Source: Acidobacteriaceae bacterium
GTDB taxonomy: Bacteria; Acidobacteriota; Terriglobia; Terriglobales; Acidobacteriaceae
Reading direction: 5' to 3'
Assembly: GCA_030038195.1 (NCBI GenBank)
Contig: JASHPJ010000132.1
Span: 23,529-87,528 of the forward strand
DNA: 64,000 bases
In this document: positions 19,970 to 28,796 of the stretch, one piece after another
Layout of the letters: each line of letters opens with the position of its first letter
Numbering within the stretch: the stretch's first letter is position 1
Notes under the pieces: model-generated
Databases searched by the model: none
The model's input: only the letters and a program-made list of their open reading frames with translations
What the model was told of the DNA's origin: nothing
Translations under genes and position numbers: made by a program

Positions 19970-21585
19970 GCGCCATGCCTCCCAATACGCCGCCGGGCGG
20001 AGTTCCTCCTTACGATCCGAAGACACAGTGGCGCGTCTACCGCGAACAGCAGCGGGCGGCGTGGCGCGCGCAGCGCGACGCATGGCGGGCGCAGCGGCAC
20101 GCGTGGAAAGCCGGCTACGCGGGTGTCTACGGGCCGCGGGTGCCGTCGATGGTGGGGCCGCTGATCCTGATTGCGATCGGCGTGATTGCCCTGCTGGTGA
20201 TGACCGGGCACATTGCGGCGGCCGACTTCTGGGCCTGGTACGCGCGCTGGTGGCCGCTGTTGCTGATCGGCGCGGGGCTGGCGCTGCTGGGCGAGTGGGC
20301 GCTGGACATGCGCCGGCCGGCGCCGGTGCGGCGCAGCGGAAACTTCGTCGGCATCCTGATCCTGCTGGCTTTTCTGGGCTTTGGGGCAGCGGGCTGGCAC
20401 CACATGGGACCGTGGTTCCAACAGTGGGGCGGCGACAGCGACGACTTCTTCAACACCTTCGGCCTGCCGGAGCATGACAACGACCAGCAGGCGCTGAATG
20501 CGCAGATTCCGGCGAATGCGACGGTGGACATCGAGAATCCCCGCGGTGATGTGAGCGTAACCGCGGGCGACGGGCCAGCGATCAGCGTGCAGACGCACGA
20601 GGTGGCGTTTGCCGGCTCGGACAACGATGCGAAGAATATCTGGTCGTCAGAGGAGGCGCACCTGAGCGTGAATGGCAGCTCGGTGCTGGTGAAGTCAGAG
20701 GGCAACAACAAGGGACGCGTGAACCTGACGCTGACGGTTCCCAGGACCGCCAAGGTGACGATCAATGCCGGACATGGCGACGTGACGGCGGCCGGGCTGG
20801 GTTCCGGTGCAGTGGTGACGGCGCCGCACGGCGATACGCAACTGAATTCGATTACCGGGCCGGTGGAAGCGCACTTCTCGAGCGGCCGGCATGATTTTTC
20901 AGCCCATGAGATCAACGGCGACCTGACGGTGGACGGCGACTGCAACGACCTGACTCTCTCTGAGGTCAAGGGCAGGCTGACGCTGAACGGAGAGATCTTC
21001 GGCGAGGTGCACATTGAAAGCATTGCCGGGCTGCTGAAGCTGCACACGTCCGTTACCGACATCGAGCTGGCGCAGTTGCCCGGCGACCTGACCCTGGACT
21101 CGGACGACCTGCGCGTGACGGAGGCCGAGGGCGGCGTGCGCGTGACCACGCATGCCAAGGACGTGGACCTGAGCCAGATCTACGGCGATACCTACGTGGA
21201 GAACCGTGACGGGCGCATCTCCGTGGAGCCGGCAGGCTCGTATGCGATTGAAGCCAAGAACAGCAAGGGCGACGTGGAGATCACGCTGCCGCCGAATGCC
21301 TCGGGAGACGTGGATGGCCACACGCACAACGGCGACATTGTGACCGACTTTGCGCTGCAGGTGAGCGGCGACGAAGACAAGACGGTGAGCGGCAAGATTG
21401 GCGCGGGTGGGCCGCGGATTTATCTGAGCTCCGACAACGGCGACCTGGGCATCAAGCGGGGATCGGCATTCCCGCCTGCACCGTCGGCGGCCAATGTGCC
21501 GGCCCCGCCCAGGACGCCTGCGCCGCCGAATGCCCCGCACCTGAAGTCGTCGAAGGCGCTGCCTCCGCAGCCAGTAACCGAGTAG
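19966..21585 (+). CDS. DUF4097 (Toastrack/LiaG-like) beta-repeat protein with N-terminal TM domain
   Basis: N-terminal TM helices (WWPLLLIGAG) followed by many NxxGDV/GDI beta repeats. Confidence 0.82.
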   Translation: MSAMPPNTPPGGVPPYDPKTQWRVYREQQRAAWRAQRDAWRAQRHAWKAGYAGVYGPRVPSMVGPLILIAIGVIALLVMTGHIAAADFWAWYARWWPLLLIGAGLALLGEWALDMRRPAPVRRSGNFVGILILLAFLGFGAAGWHHMGPWFQQWGGDSDDFFNTFGLPEHDNDQQALNAQIPANATVDIENPRGDVSVTAGDGPAISVQTHEVAFAGSDNDAKNIWSSEEAHLSVNGSSVLVKSEGNNKGRVNLTLTVPRTAKVTINAGHGDVTAAGLGSGAVVTAPHGDTQLNSITGPVEAHFSSGRHDFSAHEINGDLTVDGDCNDLTLSEVKGRLTLNGEIFGEVHIESIAGLLKLHTSVTDIELAQLPGDLTLDSDDLRVTEAEGGVRVTTHAKDVDLSQIYGDTYVENRDGRISVEPAGSYAIEAKNSKGDVEITLPPNASGDVDGHTHNGDIVTDFALQVSGDEDKTVSGKIGAGGPRIYLSSDNGDLGIKRGSAFPPAPSAANVPAPPRTPAPPNAPHLKSSKALPPQPVTE

Positions 21586-21694
21586 GGTGTTTGGCGAGTT
21601 AGCAGGTCAGCGAGTTAGCGGGAGTTGTGACTGGATTGGATTCGTGCTGAACGCAGTTTGAAAAACAGGTTTGTGCCTGAGTTGAGAACTTGAG

Positions 21695-21723
21695 GCGCGG
21701 CGGAGTTTTCTGCTGCGCTTTTT
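21695..21723 (+). terminator. Intrinsic terminator of the ECF operon
   Basis: GCGCGGCGGA-GTTT-TCTGCTGCGC followed by a T tract. Confidence 0.65.
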
Positions 21724-24384
21724 CTATTCCGTTCGGAGCGCCTGCATGGGGTCCAGGCGCGAGGCGTGCCAGGCGGGAGCCATGCAGGCCAGTGCGGCGA
21801 CAAGCAGCAAGGTTGCGGCGACGGCCGCGAAGACTGCGGGATCGAGCGGCTGCGTCTCGTAGAGCAGGGAGCGGATGAAGCGCGTCGCCGCTGCGCTCGC
21901 GGCGAGTCCGAGGATCAGTCCGAACAAGGCGGGCTGCAGGCCGTCCAACAGCATCAGCCGCAGCACCTGCTCCCGCTGCGCGCCCAGCGCGATGCGGATG
22001 CCGATCTCGCCGGTGCGCTGCGTGGCCAGATACGACAGCACGCCGAACAATCCTACCCCGGCAAGAGCCAGCGAGAGCGCGGCAAAGATGGAAAGAAGGG
22101 TCGCGTCAAAGCTGGCGCCCAGCGTCGACCGGCCTACGATCTCCTCCATCGTGAGGATGTGGCCCACGGCAAGGTCGGCGTCCATCTTCGCGACGATTTT
22201 CTGCACCGGCACGGCATATGCCAGCGGGTCGGTATGTGTGCGGATGGCCAGGAAAGCAAAACTCATATCGCCGCGATAGAGAGGGTAGTAGATCGTCGGC
22301 CGCGGCGGGTCGCCGATGCTCTCACGCACATCGCCTACCACGCCGACGATCTGGAAGCTGTGCGGACCGTCGAAGTTGCCATCGACGATGTGTTTTCCGA
22401 TCGGATCGGCATTGGGAAAGAACTCGTGCACGAATGCCGGCGTAACCACGGCGACTTCGGCATCCTCCAGGCGCTCCGCGGGTTGAAAAAGGCGGCCGCG
22501 GAGTAGCGGAATCCCGAGCGCCTGGAAGAGGCCGGGATCGGTGCTGGGTACGCTCGCGTCAAGAAATTTGCCTTGCGGCAAGGGAGGATTCTCCTGGATT
22601 GTAAAGGCGTCGTCGCGTTGATGCCCTATTCCCGGCAACTCGGTATCCAGGCCAGCGGCTTCGATGCCGGGCAGCGCCCGCACCCGCTCCACAAGCTGCT
22701 CAAAGAAGGCCAGCCGCTGCACCGGAGTGGCATAGCGCGCCTCCGGCAGATCGAGGCTCATGGTCAAAACATCCTTGGTGACGCAGCCCAGATCGACCGA
22801 TCGCAGCCGCTGGTAACTCTTCAGCAGCAGGCCCGCGCAGGCCAGCAGGACCACGGTGAGCGAGACTTCGAGCGCCAGCAGAACGCGGCGCAGACGGACC
22901 TTGCCATGGCTCCCCACGTGGAAGCGCGAAGACTCCCAGAGCGTGTGCAGGATTTGTCCGTCGTGGAATGAAAGGACCGGAACAAGCCCGGTCACGAGTC
23001 CGCAGAGCAAAATGACGCTCACCCCGAAGACCAGGGAGATGCCGTCCGGATGCACCGCGTAGACACGGGGCAGGTCGCCACGCATGTGAACGAGCCATTG
23101 CACGGTGAGCCAGGCGACCAGCAACCCCAGGCCGCCGCCACCCAGTGAAAGCAACGCGCTTTCGACGAGCTGCTCCTGGAACCGGCGCGCGCGGCTTCCT
23201 CCCAGTGCTGCCCGGATGGCGATCTCTTTGCGGCGCGAAGCGATGCGGGCCACGAGCAGGTTGGCGATGTTCAGGCAGGCGATGAAGAGCAGACAGCCGG
23301 TTGCTGCAAAGAGCACATAGATGGCGGTTCGGATTGGGCCGACCTGGGCCTCGAGCATCGGCACCACGGCGGCGGCATCGAAGATCGGCCCGGTGGGAAA
23401 CCGTTTTCGTATGCGCGCCTGGATTGCATCCATCTCCGCCTTGGCCTGCACAAGGGACACCCCGGGCCTGAGCCGCGCCAGCACCTGGAAGTTATGGGCT
23501 CCATGCGCGGTTGTAAGACCGGGCCACGTTTCTTCGTGGTAGACGGGAGTCCAGAGCTGAACCGTGGGGTCGGAATAGGAGAACCAGGATGGAAGAATCC
23601 CAATGACCGTATAAGGCTTGGTGTCCAGAAAAACAGTGCTGCCTACAACATGAGGGTCCGCCCCGTAGCGGCGCTCCCAAAGACCCCAGGTAAGAACAAC
23701 CGTCGCATTCGCGCCGGCCGCATCGTCGCCGGCGGTAAACAGGCGTCCGAGAGCCGGCTGTACGCCCAGCATGGGAAACAGGTTCCAGCTCGTTTGCTGC
23801 ACGGCGATCTGTTCCGGAAGCTGGCCAGCCGAGCCCGAGAGGTTGATGTCGTAGCCACTCGTGGTCAGCAATGCCATCTGTTCGAAGCTGTGTTGCTGCC
23901 TCTGCCAGTCAAAGAAATCCGCGCCGGAGACGGCCACACGGTTGTGAACCGGGTTGTGCGCATCGGCTTCGTAGATGCGCACCAGCCGGTCGGGGTCCTT
24001 GAACGGCAGCGGCTTGAGCAGCACGCCGCGCACCACTGTAAACAGCGCTACATTCGAGCCTATGCCGAGGGCCATGATTCCAATAGCGATGAAGGTAAAT
24101 CCGGGCGCGCGGCCGAGCGTGCGCATGCCGATGCGCAGGTCGCGCAGCAGCGATTCGAGACCGTTCCAGCTCCAGGCGGCGCGGGCCTGGTCGCGCAGCA
24201 GCGCCGGGTTGCCGAAGGCGCGCAGCGCGGCGTAGCGGGCTTGGTCTGCGCTCATGCCGGCGGCGCGATTCTCTTCGATCTGGCGGTCGAGGTGGAAGCG
24301 CAGCTCGGCGTCGAGCTGTGCGCCGGCTTTGCGCCGCATGAAGAGCGTGCGGAGTTTCATACCGAGTTGATGGAACCTGAGCAT
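21724..24384 (-). CDS. ADOP-family duplicated orphan ABC permease (MacB/FtsX-like), copy 1
   Basis: N-terminal ELRFHL...A.YAALRAFG prefix, two MacB-periplasmic/FtsX repeats, RRKEIAIRAALG, EIGIRIALGA, ASRLDPMQALR. No ATPase domain. Confidence 0.92.
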   Translation of the reverse strand: MLRFHQLGMKLRTLFMRRKAGAQLDAELRFHLDRQIEENRAAGMSADQARYAALRAFGNPALLRDQARAAWSWNGLESLLRDLRIGMRTLGRAPGFTFIAIGIMALGIGSNVALFTVVRGVLLKPLPFKDPDRLVRIYEADAHNPVHNRVAVSGADFFDWQRQQHSFEQMALLTTSGYDINLSGSAGQLPEQIAVQQTSWNLFPMLGVQPALGRLFTAGDDAAGANATVVLTWGLWERRYGADPHVVGSTVFLDTKPYTVIGILPSWFSYSDPTVQLWTPVYHEETWPGLTTAHGAHNFQVLARLRPGVSLVQAKAEMDAIQARIRKRFPTGPIFDAAAVVPMLEAQVGPIRTAIYVLFAATGCLLFIACLNIANLLVARIASRRKEIAIRAALGGSRARRFQEQLVESALLSLGGGGLGLLVAWLTVQWLVHMRGDLPRVYAVHPDGISLVFGVSVILLCGLVTGLVPVLSFHDGQILHTLWESSRFHVGSHGKVRLRRVLLALEVSLTVVLLACAGLLLKSYQRLRSVDLGCVTKDVLTMSLDLPEARYATPVQRLAFFEQLVERVRALPGIEAAGLDTELPGIGHQRDDAFTIQENPPLPQGKFLDASVPSTDPGLFQALGIPLLRGRLFQPAERLEDAEVAVVTPAFVHEFFPNADPIGKHIVDGNFDGPHSFQIVGVVGDVRESIGDPPRPTIYYPLYRGDMSFAFLAIRTHTDPLAYAVPVQKIVAKMDADLAVGHILTMEEIVGRSTLGASFDATLLSIFAALSLALAGVGLFGVLSYLATQRTGEIGIRIALGAQREQVLRLMLLDGLQPALFGLILGLAASAAATRFIRSLLYETQPLDPAVFAAVAATLLLVAALACMAPAWHASRLDPMQALRTE

Positions 24385-24393
24385 CGGTGTCTC

Positions 24394-27054
24394 CTATTCC
24401 ATTCGGAGCGCCTGCATGGGGTCGAGGCGCGAGGCGCGCCATGCCGGGGCCATGCAGGCCAGCGCGGCGACAAGCAGCAAGGTTGCGGCGACGGCCGCGA
24501 AGACTGCGAGATCGAGCGGCTGCGTCTCGTAGAGCATCGAGTGGATGAGGCGCACGGTAACGGTGCTGGCGGCGAGGCCGAGCGCAAGGCCGATCAGTGC
24601 GGGGCGCAGTCCGTCGGCGAGCATGAGGCGCAGCACCTGCTCGCGCTGCGCGCCGAGCGCGATGCGAATGCCGATCTCGCTGGTACGCTGCGCAGCGATG
24701 TACGAGAGTACGCCGAAGAGGCCCGCAGCGGCCAGCAGCAGCGACAACGCAGCGAATCCTGTGAGCAGCGTGGTATTAAAGCTCTCATCGAGCGTGGATT
24801 TGCCGAGGAGCTGATCCATGGTAAGAACGTCAGAGACGGGCAGATCGTGGTCCATACCCTGAATTACATGCTGTACAGGGAGCGCCAGTTGCTCCACGTC
24901 ATGGCTGGAGCGGATGACGAGCGTCCCGTTGTTCGTGTCGCCTGCATAGAGCGGGTAATACTGCGTGGGCTCGGGCGTCTCGCCGAGGTCATAGCGCGTG
25001 TCGCCCACAACGCCGACGATGAGATGCAACTCTTTTCCGCCCATCACATGCAAGTGCTTGCCGACGGGATCTTCGCCGGGAAAGAATTTTCTCGCGAACG
25101 ACTCGCTGATGATCGCCTCATTGGCGCGGTCGAGTGTCTGGCCGTCGTCGAAGGTATGGCCACGCAGGATGGGAATGCCCATCGCTGCGAAGTAGCCGGG
25201 ATCGGCCGAGCGGTTGATTGCGAATGTGCCTTTGCCGCGCGGCAACGGCGGATGCTCGGCGATGGTGAATCCCATGTCACCCATGTATCCCTGCCCCGGA
25301 ACGGCAGTCACAAATCCGGCGGCCTCGACGCCCGGCAGCGCTCGCACACGCTCCAGCAAGGTTGCAAAGAAGTTGACGGGAGCCGGTCCGGGTGTTTTGT
25401 AGCGCGCGCCTGGCAGGTCAATGTGCAGGGTAAGAATGTTTTTCGTGGTGCAACCGATATCGGTATCGCGCAGCCGCTGGTAGCTCTTGAGCAGCAGGCC
25501 CGCGGCAATCAGCAACATCACCGTAAGACCGACCTCAGCCGCAAGAAGCGTCTTGCGCAGGCGTGCTCGCGCACTGCCCGCACTGTGCGACTTCGAGCTC
25601 TCGTGCAGCGATGCGAGCAGGCGTTTGCCGTCAGCGTTCAGCGCAGAGACAAGACCTGAGAAAAGCGCGCAGAGAACGATGACGCCCAAGGTGAAGGTGG
25701 CGACAACACCGTCCAGATGGATGGATCCTACGCGCGCCATATTGCGGCGCGTGGCCACGAACCAGTGAACAGCCTCCCAGGCCAGCGCCAGGCCGGCCGC
25801 GCCGCCCGCGGCTGAGAGAAGAAAGCTTTCCATCAGGTGCTCGCGCAGCAGACGTAGCCGTCCGCCGCCCAGCGCGGTGCGAATGGCGAGCTCTTTACGG
25901 CGCGCCGCAGCCCGCGCAACGAGAAGGTTCGCAACGTTCAGGCATGCGATGAGGAGCAGGCATGCGGTAGCCGCGAGCATCACGTAAAGCGGGCGCTCGA
26001 CATCGCCCACTATATGCTCAATCAGCGGCCGGCTGTTTGCCGCTGCGGCAATAAACGGGTCGTCCAATTGAGATTCGTGAAGCCGCCGCGAGATGATACT
26101 TAAGTTCGCCGTTGCTTCCTCTGCCGTCACTCTGGGCTTCAGCCGGCCCACTGCACGAAAATTATGGAAGTCGAGGTGCGACATGATTGTTGTCGGCATC
26201 TCGTGATATACGGGCAGCCAGAGTTGTGTAGTAGAATCCGGGAACTCGAACCACTCGGGCATGACGCCGATCACCGTGTACGGCTTGGCATCAAGATAGA
26301 TAATGCGGTCGAGGATAGCCGGATCACTCCCAAAGCGGCGTTTCCACAAATTCCAGCTCAACACGACTGTGCCATTTGCAGTCAGGCTATCGTCGGCGGC
26401 CGCAAAACCGCGCCCCAGCGCTGGCTGTACTCCGAGCGTCGGGAACAGGTTCCAGGAGACAGTCCCGCTATTGAGTGTCTCCGGCAGTTGACCGCCAGAC
26501 GCCGAAAGATCCACCTGGTCGTTGCGGACGAGAGCCATGCTGCTGAACGTGGTATTTTCTTTGTTCCACGCGTCGAAGACGCCGCCGGCGACAAGGTTGT
26601 ACGGAAAGTCTCCGCCGCCGGCCGAATACGTACTGTGCTCGTAAAGCATCAGCAGCCGATCGGAATTTTCAAACGGCAGCGGCTTGAGCAGCACGCCGCG
26701 CACCACTGTAAACAGCGCTACATTCGAGCCTATGCCGAGGGCCATGATTCCAATAGCGATGAAGGTAAATCCGGGTGCGCGGCCGAGCGTGCGCATGCCG
26801 ATGCGCAGGTCGCGCAGCAGCGATTCGAGGCCGTTCCAGCTCCAGGCGGCGCGGGTCTGGTCGCGCAGCAGCGCCGGGTTGCCGAAGGCGCGCAGCGCGG
26901 CGTAGCGGGCTTGGTCTGCGCTCATGCCGGCGGCGCGATTCTCTTCGATCTGGCGGTCGAGGTGGAAGCGCAGCTCGGCGTCGAGCTGTGCGCCGGCTTT
27001 GCGCCGCATGAAGAGCGTGCGGAGTTTCATACCGAGTTGATGAAGACGGCGCAT
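24394..27054 (-). CDS. ADOP-family duplicated orphan ABC permease, copy 2
   Basis: Same architecture and length (886 aa) as copy 1. Directly downstream of padR. Confidence 0.92.
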   Translation of the reverse strand: MRRLHQLGMKLRTLFMRRKAGAQLDAELRFHLDRQIEENRAAGMSADQARYAALRAFGNPALLRDQTRAAWSWNGLESLLRDLRIGMRTLGRAPGFTFIAIGIMALGIGSNVALFTVVRGVLLKPLPFENSDRLLMLYEHSTYSAGGGDFPYNLVAGGVFDAWNKENTTFSSMALVRNDQVDLSASGGQLPETLNSGTVSWNLFPTLGVQPALGRGFAAADDSLTANGTVVLSWNLWKRRFGSDPAILDRIIYLDAKPYTVIGVMPEWFEFPDSTTQLWLPVYHEMPTTIMSHLDFHNFRAVGRLKPRVTAEEATANLSIISRRLHESQLDDPFIAAAANSRPLIEHIVGDVERPLYVMLAATACLLLIACLNVANLLVARAAARRKELAIRTALGGGRLRLLREHLMESFLLSAAGGAAGLALAWEAVHWFVATRRNMARVGSIHLDGVVATFTLGVIVLCALFSGLVSALNADGKRLLASLHESSKSHSAGSARARLRKTLLAAEVGLTVMLLIAAGLLLKSYQRLRDTDIGCTTKNILTLHIDLPGARYKTPGPAPVNFFATLLERVRALPGVEAAGFVTAVPGQGYMGDMGFTIAEHPPLPRGKGTFAINRSADPGYFAAMGIPILRGHTFDDGQTLDRANEAIISESFARKFFPGEDPVGKHLHVMGGKELHLIVGVVGDTRYDLGETPEPTQYYPLYAGDTNNGTLVIRSSHDVEQLALPVQHVIQGMDHDLPVSDVLTMDQLLGKSTLDESFNTTLLTGFAALSLLLAAAGLFGVLSYIAAQRTSEIGIRIALGAQREQVLRLMLADGLRPALIGLALGLAASTVTVRLIHSMLYETQPLDLAVFAAVAATLLLVAALACMAPAWRASRLDPMQALRME

Positions 27055-27078
27055 CGGAGCTTCTCATTTCTGTGGCTC

Positions 27079-27123
27079 TCCACCCTTGCGGCATCCGCCG
27101 CGGCGGATGCAAGGATGGGGCAC
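27079..27123. repeat. REP-like element containing perfect 20-bp palindrome GCATCCGCCGCGGCGGATGC
   Basis: CACCCTTGC...GCAAGGATGGGGCAC frame as at 14421. Palindrome at 27091-27110. Confidence 0.7.
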
Positions 27124-27157
27124 GCAACTGATCACTGACCACTGTTCCCTGCTTTTT

Positions 27158-27487
27158 TCATGCTTCGCTGACGACCAGGTTGATGGCGGCCGAAAGGCGC
27201 GTCCAGTTGGCGGCTTCGGCTTCAAGCTGTTTGCGGCCGGCAGCGGTGAGCGAGTAGAACCGGGCCTGGCGGCCGGTTTCGCTCTCGGCCCACCTGGCCT
27301 TGATCCAGCCCTGCTGCTCCAGGCGGTGAAGAGCCGGGTAAAGCGAGCCCTGCTGCACCTGGAGGACTTCACGCGAAACCTGCTGAATGCGTTTGGCGAT
27401 GGCCCAGCCGTGCATCGGCTCGAGCGAGATGGTTTTGAGGATGAGAAGATCGAGCGTGCCCTGAAGAAGATCGCTTGGTTTGCCCAT
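27158..27487 (-). CDS. padR: PadR-family transcriptional regulator (acidobacterial ADOP-associated type)
   Basis: [12 protein letters not shown]...[10 protein letters not shown]...[11 protein letters not shown]...RFYSLT. Confidence 0.93.
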   Translation of the reverse strand: MGKPSDLLQGTLDLLILKTISLEPMHGWAIAKRIQQVSREVLQVQQGSLYPALHRLEQQGWIKARWAESETGRQARFYSLTAAGRKQLEAEAANWTRLSAAINLVVSEA

Positions 27488-27490
27488 GCC

Positions 27491-27535
27491 TAGATTATCT
27501 ACAATAAGGATGTGTAGACCGTCAAGGTATCGAGG
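27491..27535 (-). promoter_or_regulatory. padR promoter/operator region
   Basis: Inverted repeats TAGATTATCTA (27491-27501) and TCTACA-N9-TGTAGA (27498-27518), with TTGACG upstream on the minus strand, directly before the ATG. Confidence 0.5.
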
Positions 27536-27613
27536 CAAATTTTGTTATGATTCTGGGGTTTTAAGCGGCTGGAAATCGGGATTGCCTCCCCTTTGTCCTC
27601 CCCTTTTGTCGGC

Positions 27614-27641
27614 TTGACAATCGCCGGTGTGGGTGTATGCT
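27614..27641 (+). promoter_or_regulatory. sigma70-type promoter
   Basis: TTGACA-N16-TATGCT upstream of 27667. Confidence 0.5.
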
Positions 27642-27666
27642 CCAGTCGCGGGGGTGAATTGCCGGT

Positions 27667-28374
27667 ATGGTGAATGCGCCGATTCGAGTGATCACCGTAG
27701 AGCGGGAGTACGGGTCGCGCGGCGGGGAATTTGCGCACAACCTGGCAGAGCGGCTGGGATGGCGGCTGCTGGACTCAGAGCTGGTGGCGGGCGCGGCGCG
27801 CGTGGCGGGCGTGGACCCCAAGCTGGCGGAGCGGTTCGACGAACGGCTCGATCCCTGGTACTACCGCTACGGAAAGCTCTTCTTTCAGGATTCTTCGTAT
27901 TCCATGCTGAGCAACTCGGAGGATTTTCTGTTCGACTCCGAACGGATGCTGGGGCTGATCCGGCAGGAGATTCTGGACGCGGCCAAAGAGGGCAACTGCG
28001 TGCTGGTAGGGCGCGGGGCAGCCTGCGCGCTGGCGGGGCAGCCGGGGTGCTTTCACATCTTTGTGTACGCCACGATGCGGGCCAAGCGCGACTGGTTCAG
28101 GAAGGCCTTTCCCAAGCAGGCGCACAACGCAGAGCAGCATCTGGCCGCATTCGACAAGCGGCGCGCGGCGGTGATCCGCAGGTTTTATCAGCAGGACTGG
28201 TGCGCACGCGGAATGTATCACATGCTGCTGAACTCATGCATCGGGATCGACTCGATGATTGCCGCGGTGCAATGCGCGGCGGGGCTGGGCGTGCCGGAGG
28301 TGGTGAGTGCGCCGGGGAGCTGCCCGGAGGAGCTGAAGCCGGAAGAGATGCAGGGCGGGCCGGCGGTTCTCTAG
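27667..28374 (+). CDS. Cytidylate kinase-like family protein
   Basis: VITVEREYGSRGGE P-loop-like motif, CVLVGRGA, DKRRAA and YHMLLNS. Confidence 0.85.
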   Translation: MVNAPIRVITVEREYGSRGGEFAHNLAERLGWRLLDSELVAGAARVAGVDPKLAERFDERLDPWYYRYGKLFFQDSSYSMLSNSEDFLFDSERMLGLIRQEILDAAKEGNCVLVGRGAACALAGQPGCFHIFVYATMRAKRDWFRKAFPKQAHNAEQHLAAFDKRRAAVIRRFYQQDWCARGMYHMLLNSCIGIDSMIAAVQCAAGLGVPEVVSAPGSCPEELKPEEMQGGPAVL

Positions 28375-28545
28375 GCTGTATCGACATATAAGCGAGCAGA
28401 AAATAAAGGGCTTGTCATCCTGAGCGAAGCAGGTGCGATTTTTTGCACCTGTGGAGTCGAAGGATCTGCGGTTGCTTTCCGTCATTCCCCGCGTACTACG
28501 CCCGATTTCCAGCCTTTCTTGCCAAGCCTATATGTCGATACGGCC
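28374..28545. mobile_element. 172-bp MITE-like element (type G) carrying a GTCATCCTGAGCGA REP (28412-28474)
   Basis: TIR GGCTGTATCGACATATAAGC / GCCTATATGTCGATACGGCC (18/20), TA on both flanks. The left TA is within the upstream TAG stop. Confidence 0.82.
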
Positions 28546-28548
28546 TAA

Positions 28549-28796
28549 GAACTTGTTTAAAAACTCTTCAGAGCAAGGCAAGAGCTTTCAAGGGGCACGG
28601 CTTTATTGATTGCTGCATAAAGAATGTCCGGTTGTCATCTTGAGCGAAGTCCTGTGCAGTCCGCCGCGGCGGAGAGTCGCAGGTCAAAGATCCGCCGTGG
28701 CGGAATCTGCGGTTGCCTTTCTCATGGCACAGGACATTCCATTTGCGGGAGTCAATAGCCGTGCCCTTTCAGAACATCAGGTTTTTAGACAGGCTC
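28549..28796. mobile_element. MITE-like element type A (96-bp unit) interrupted by a 150-bp nested element
   Basis: Ends GAACTTGTTTAAAAAC / GGTTTTTAGACAGGCTC, TAA on both flanks. After removing the insert it aligns over 96 bp (~87%) with the reverse complement of 49547-49642. Confidence 0.85.
28606..28755. mobile_element. 150-bp nested MITE-like element (type B) carrying a REP (28631-28715)
   Basis: Duplicated TA (28604-05, 28756-57) in the loop of the host hairpin GCACGGCTTTAGCCGTGC. Imperfect TIR TTGATTGC...GAATGTCC / GGACATTC...GAGTCAA. Confidence 0.75.

Noticed and set aside
23494-25659. 721-aa plus-strand ORF, and similar long ORFs at 11614..13416, 28610..29941, 31239..32753 and 59816..61909
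   Set aside because: These are antisense to well-supported genes (ADOP, nitroreductase, alr, mdtC, typA), have no recognisable motifs, and are expected from GC-rich codon usage.
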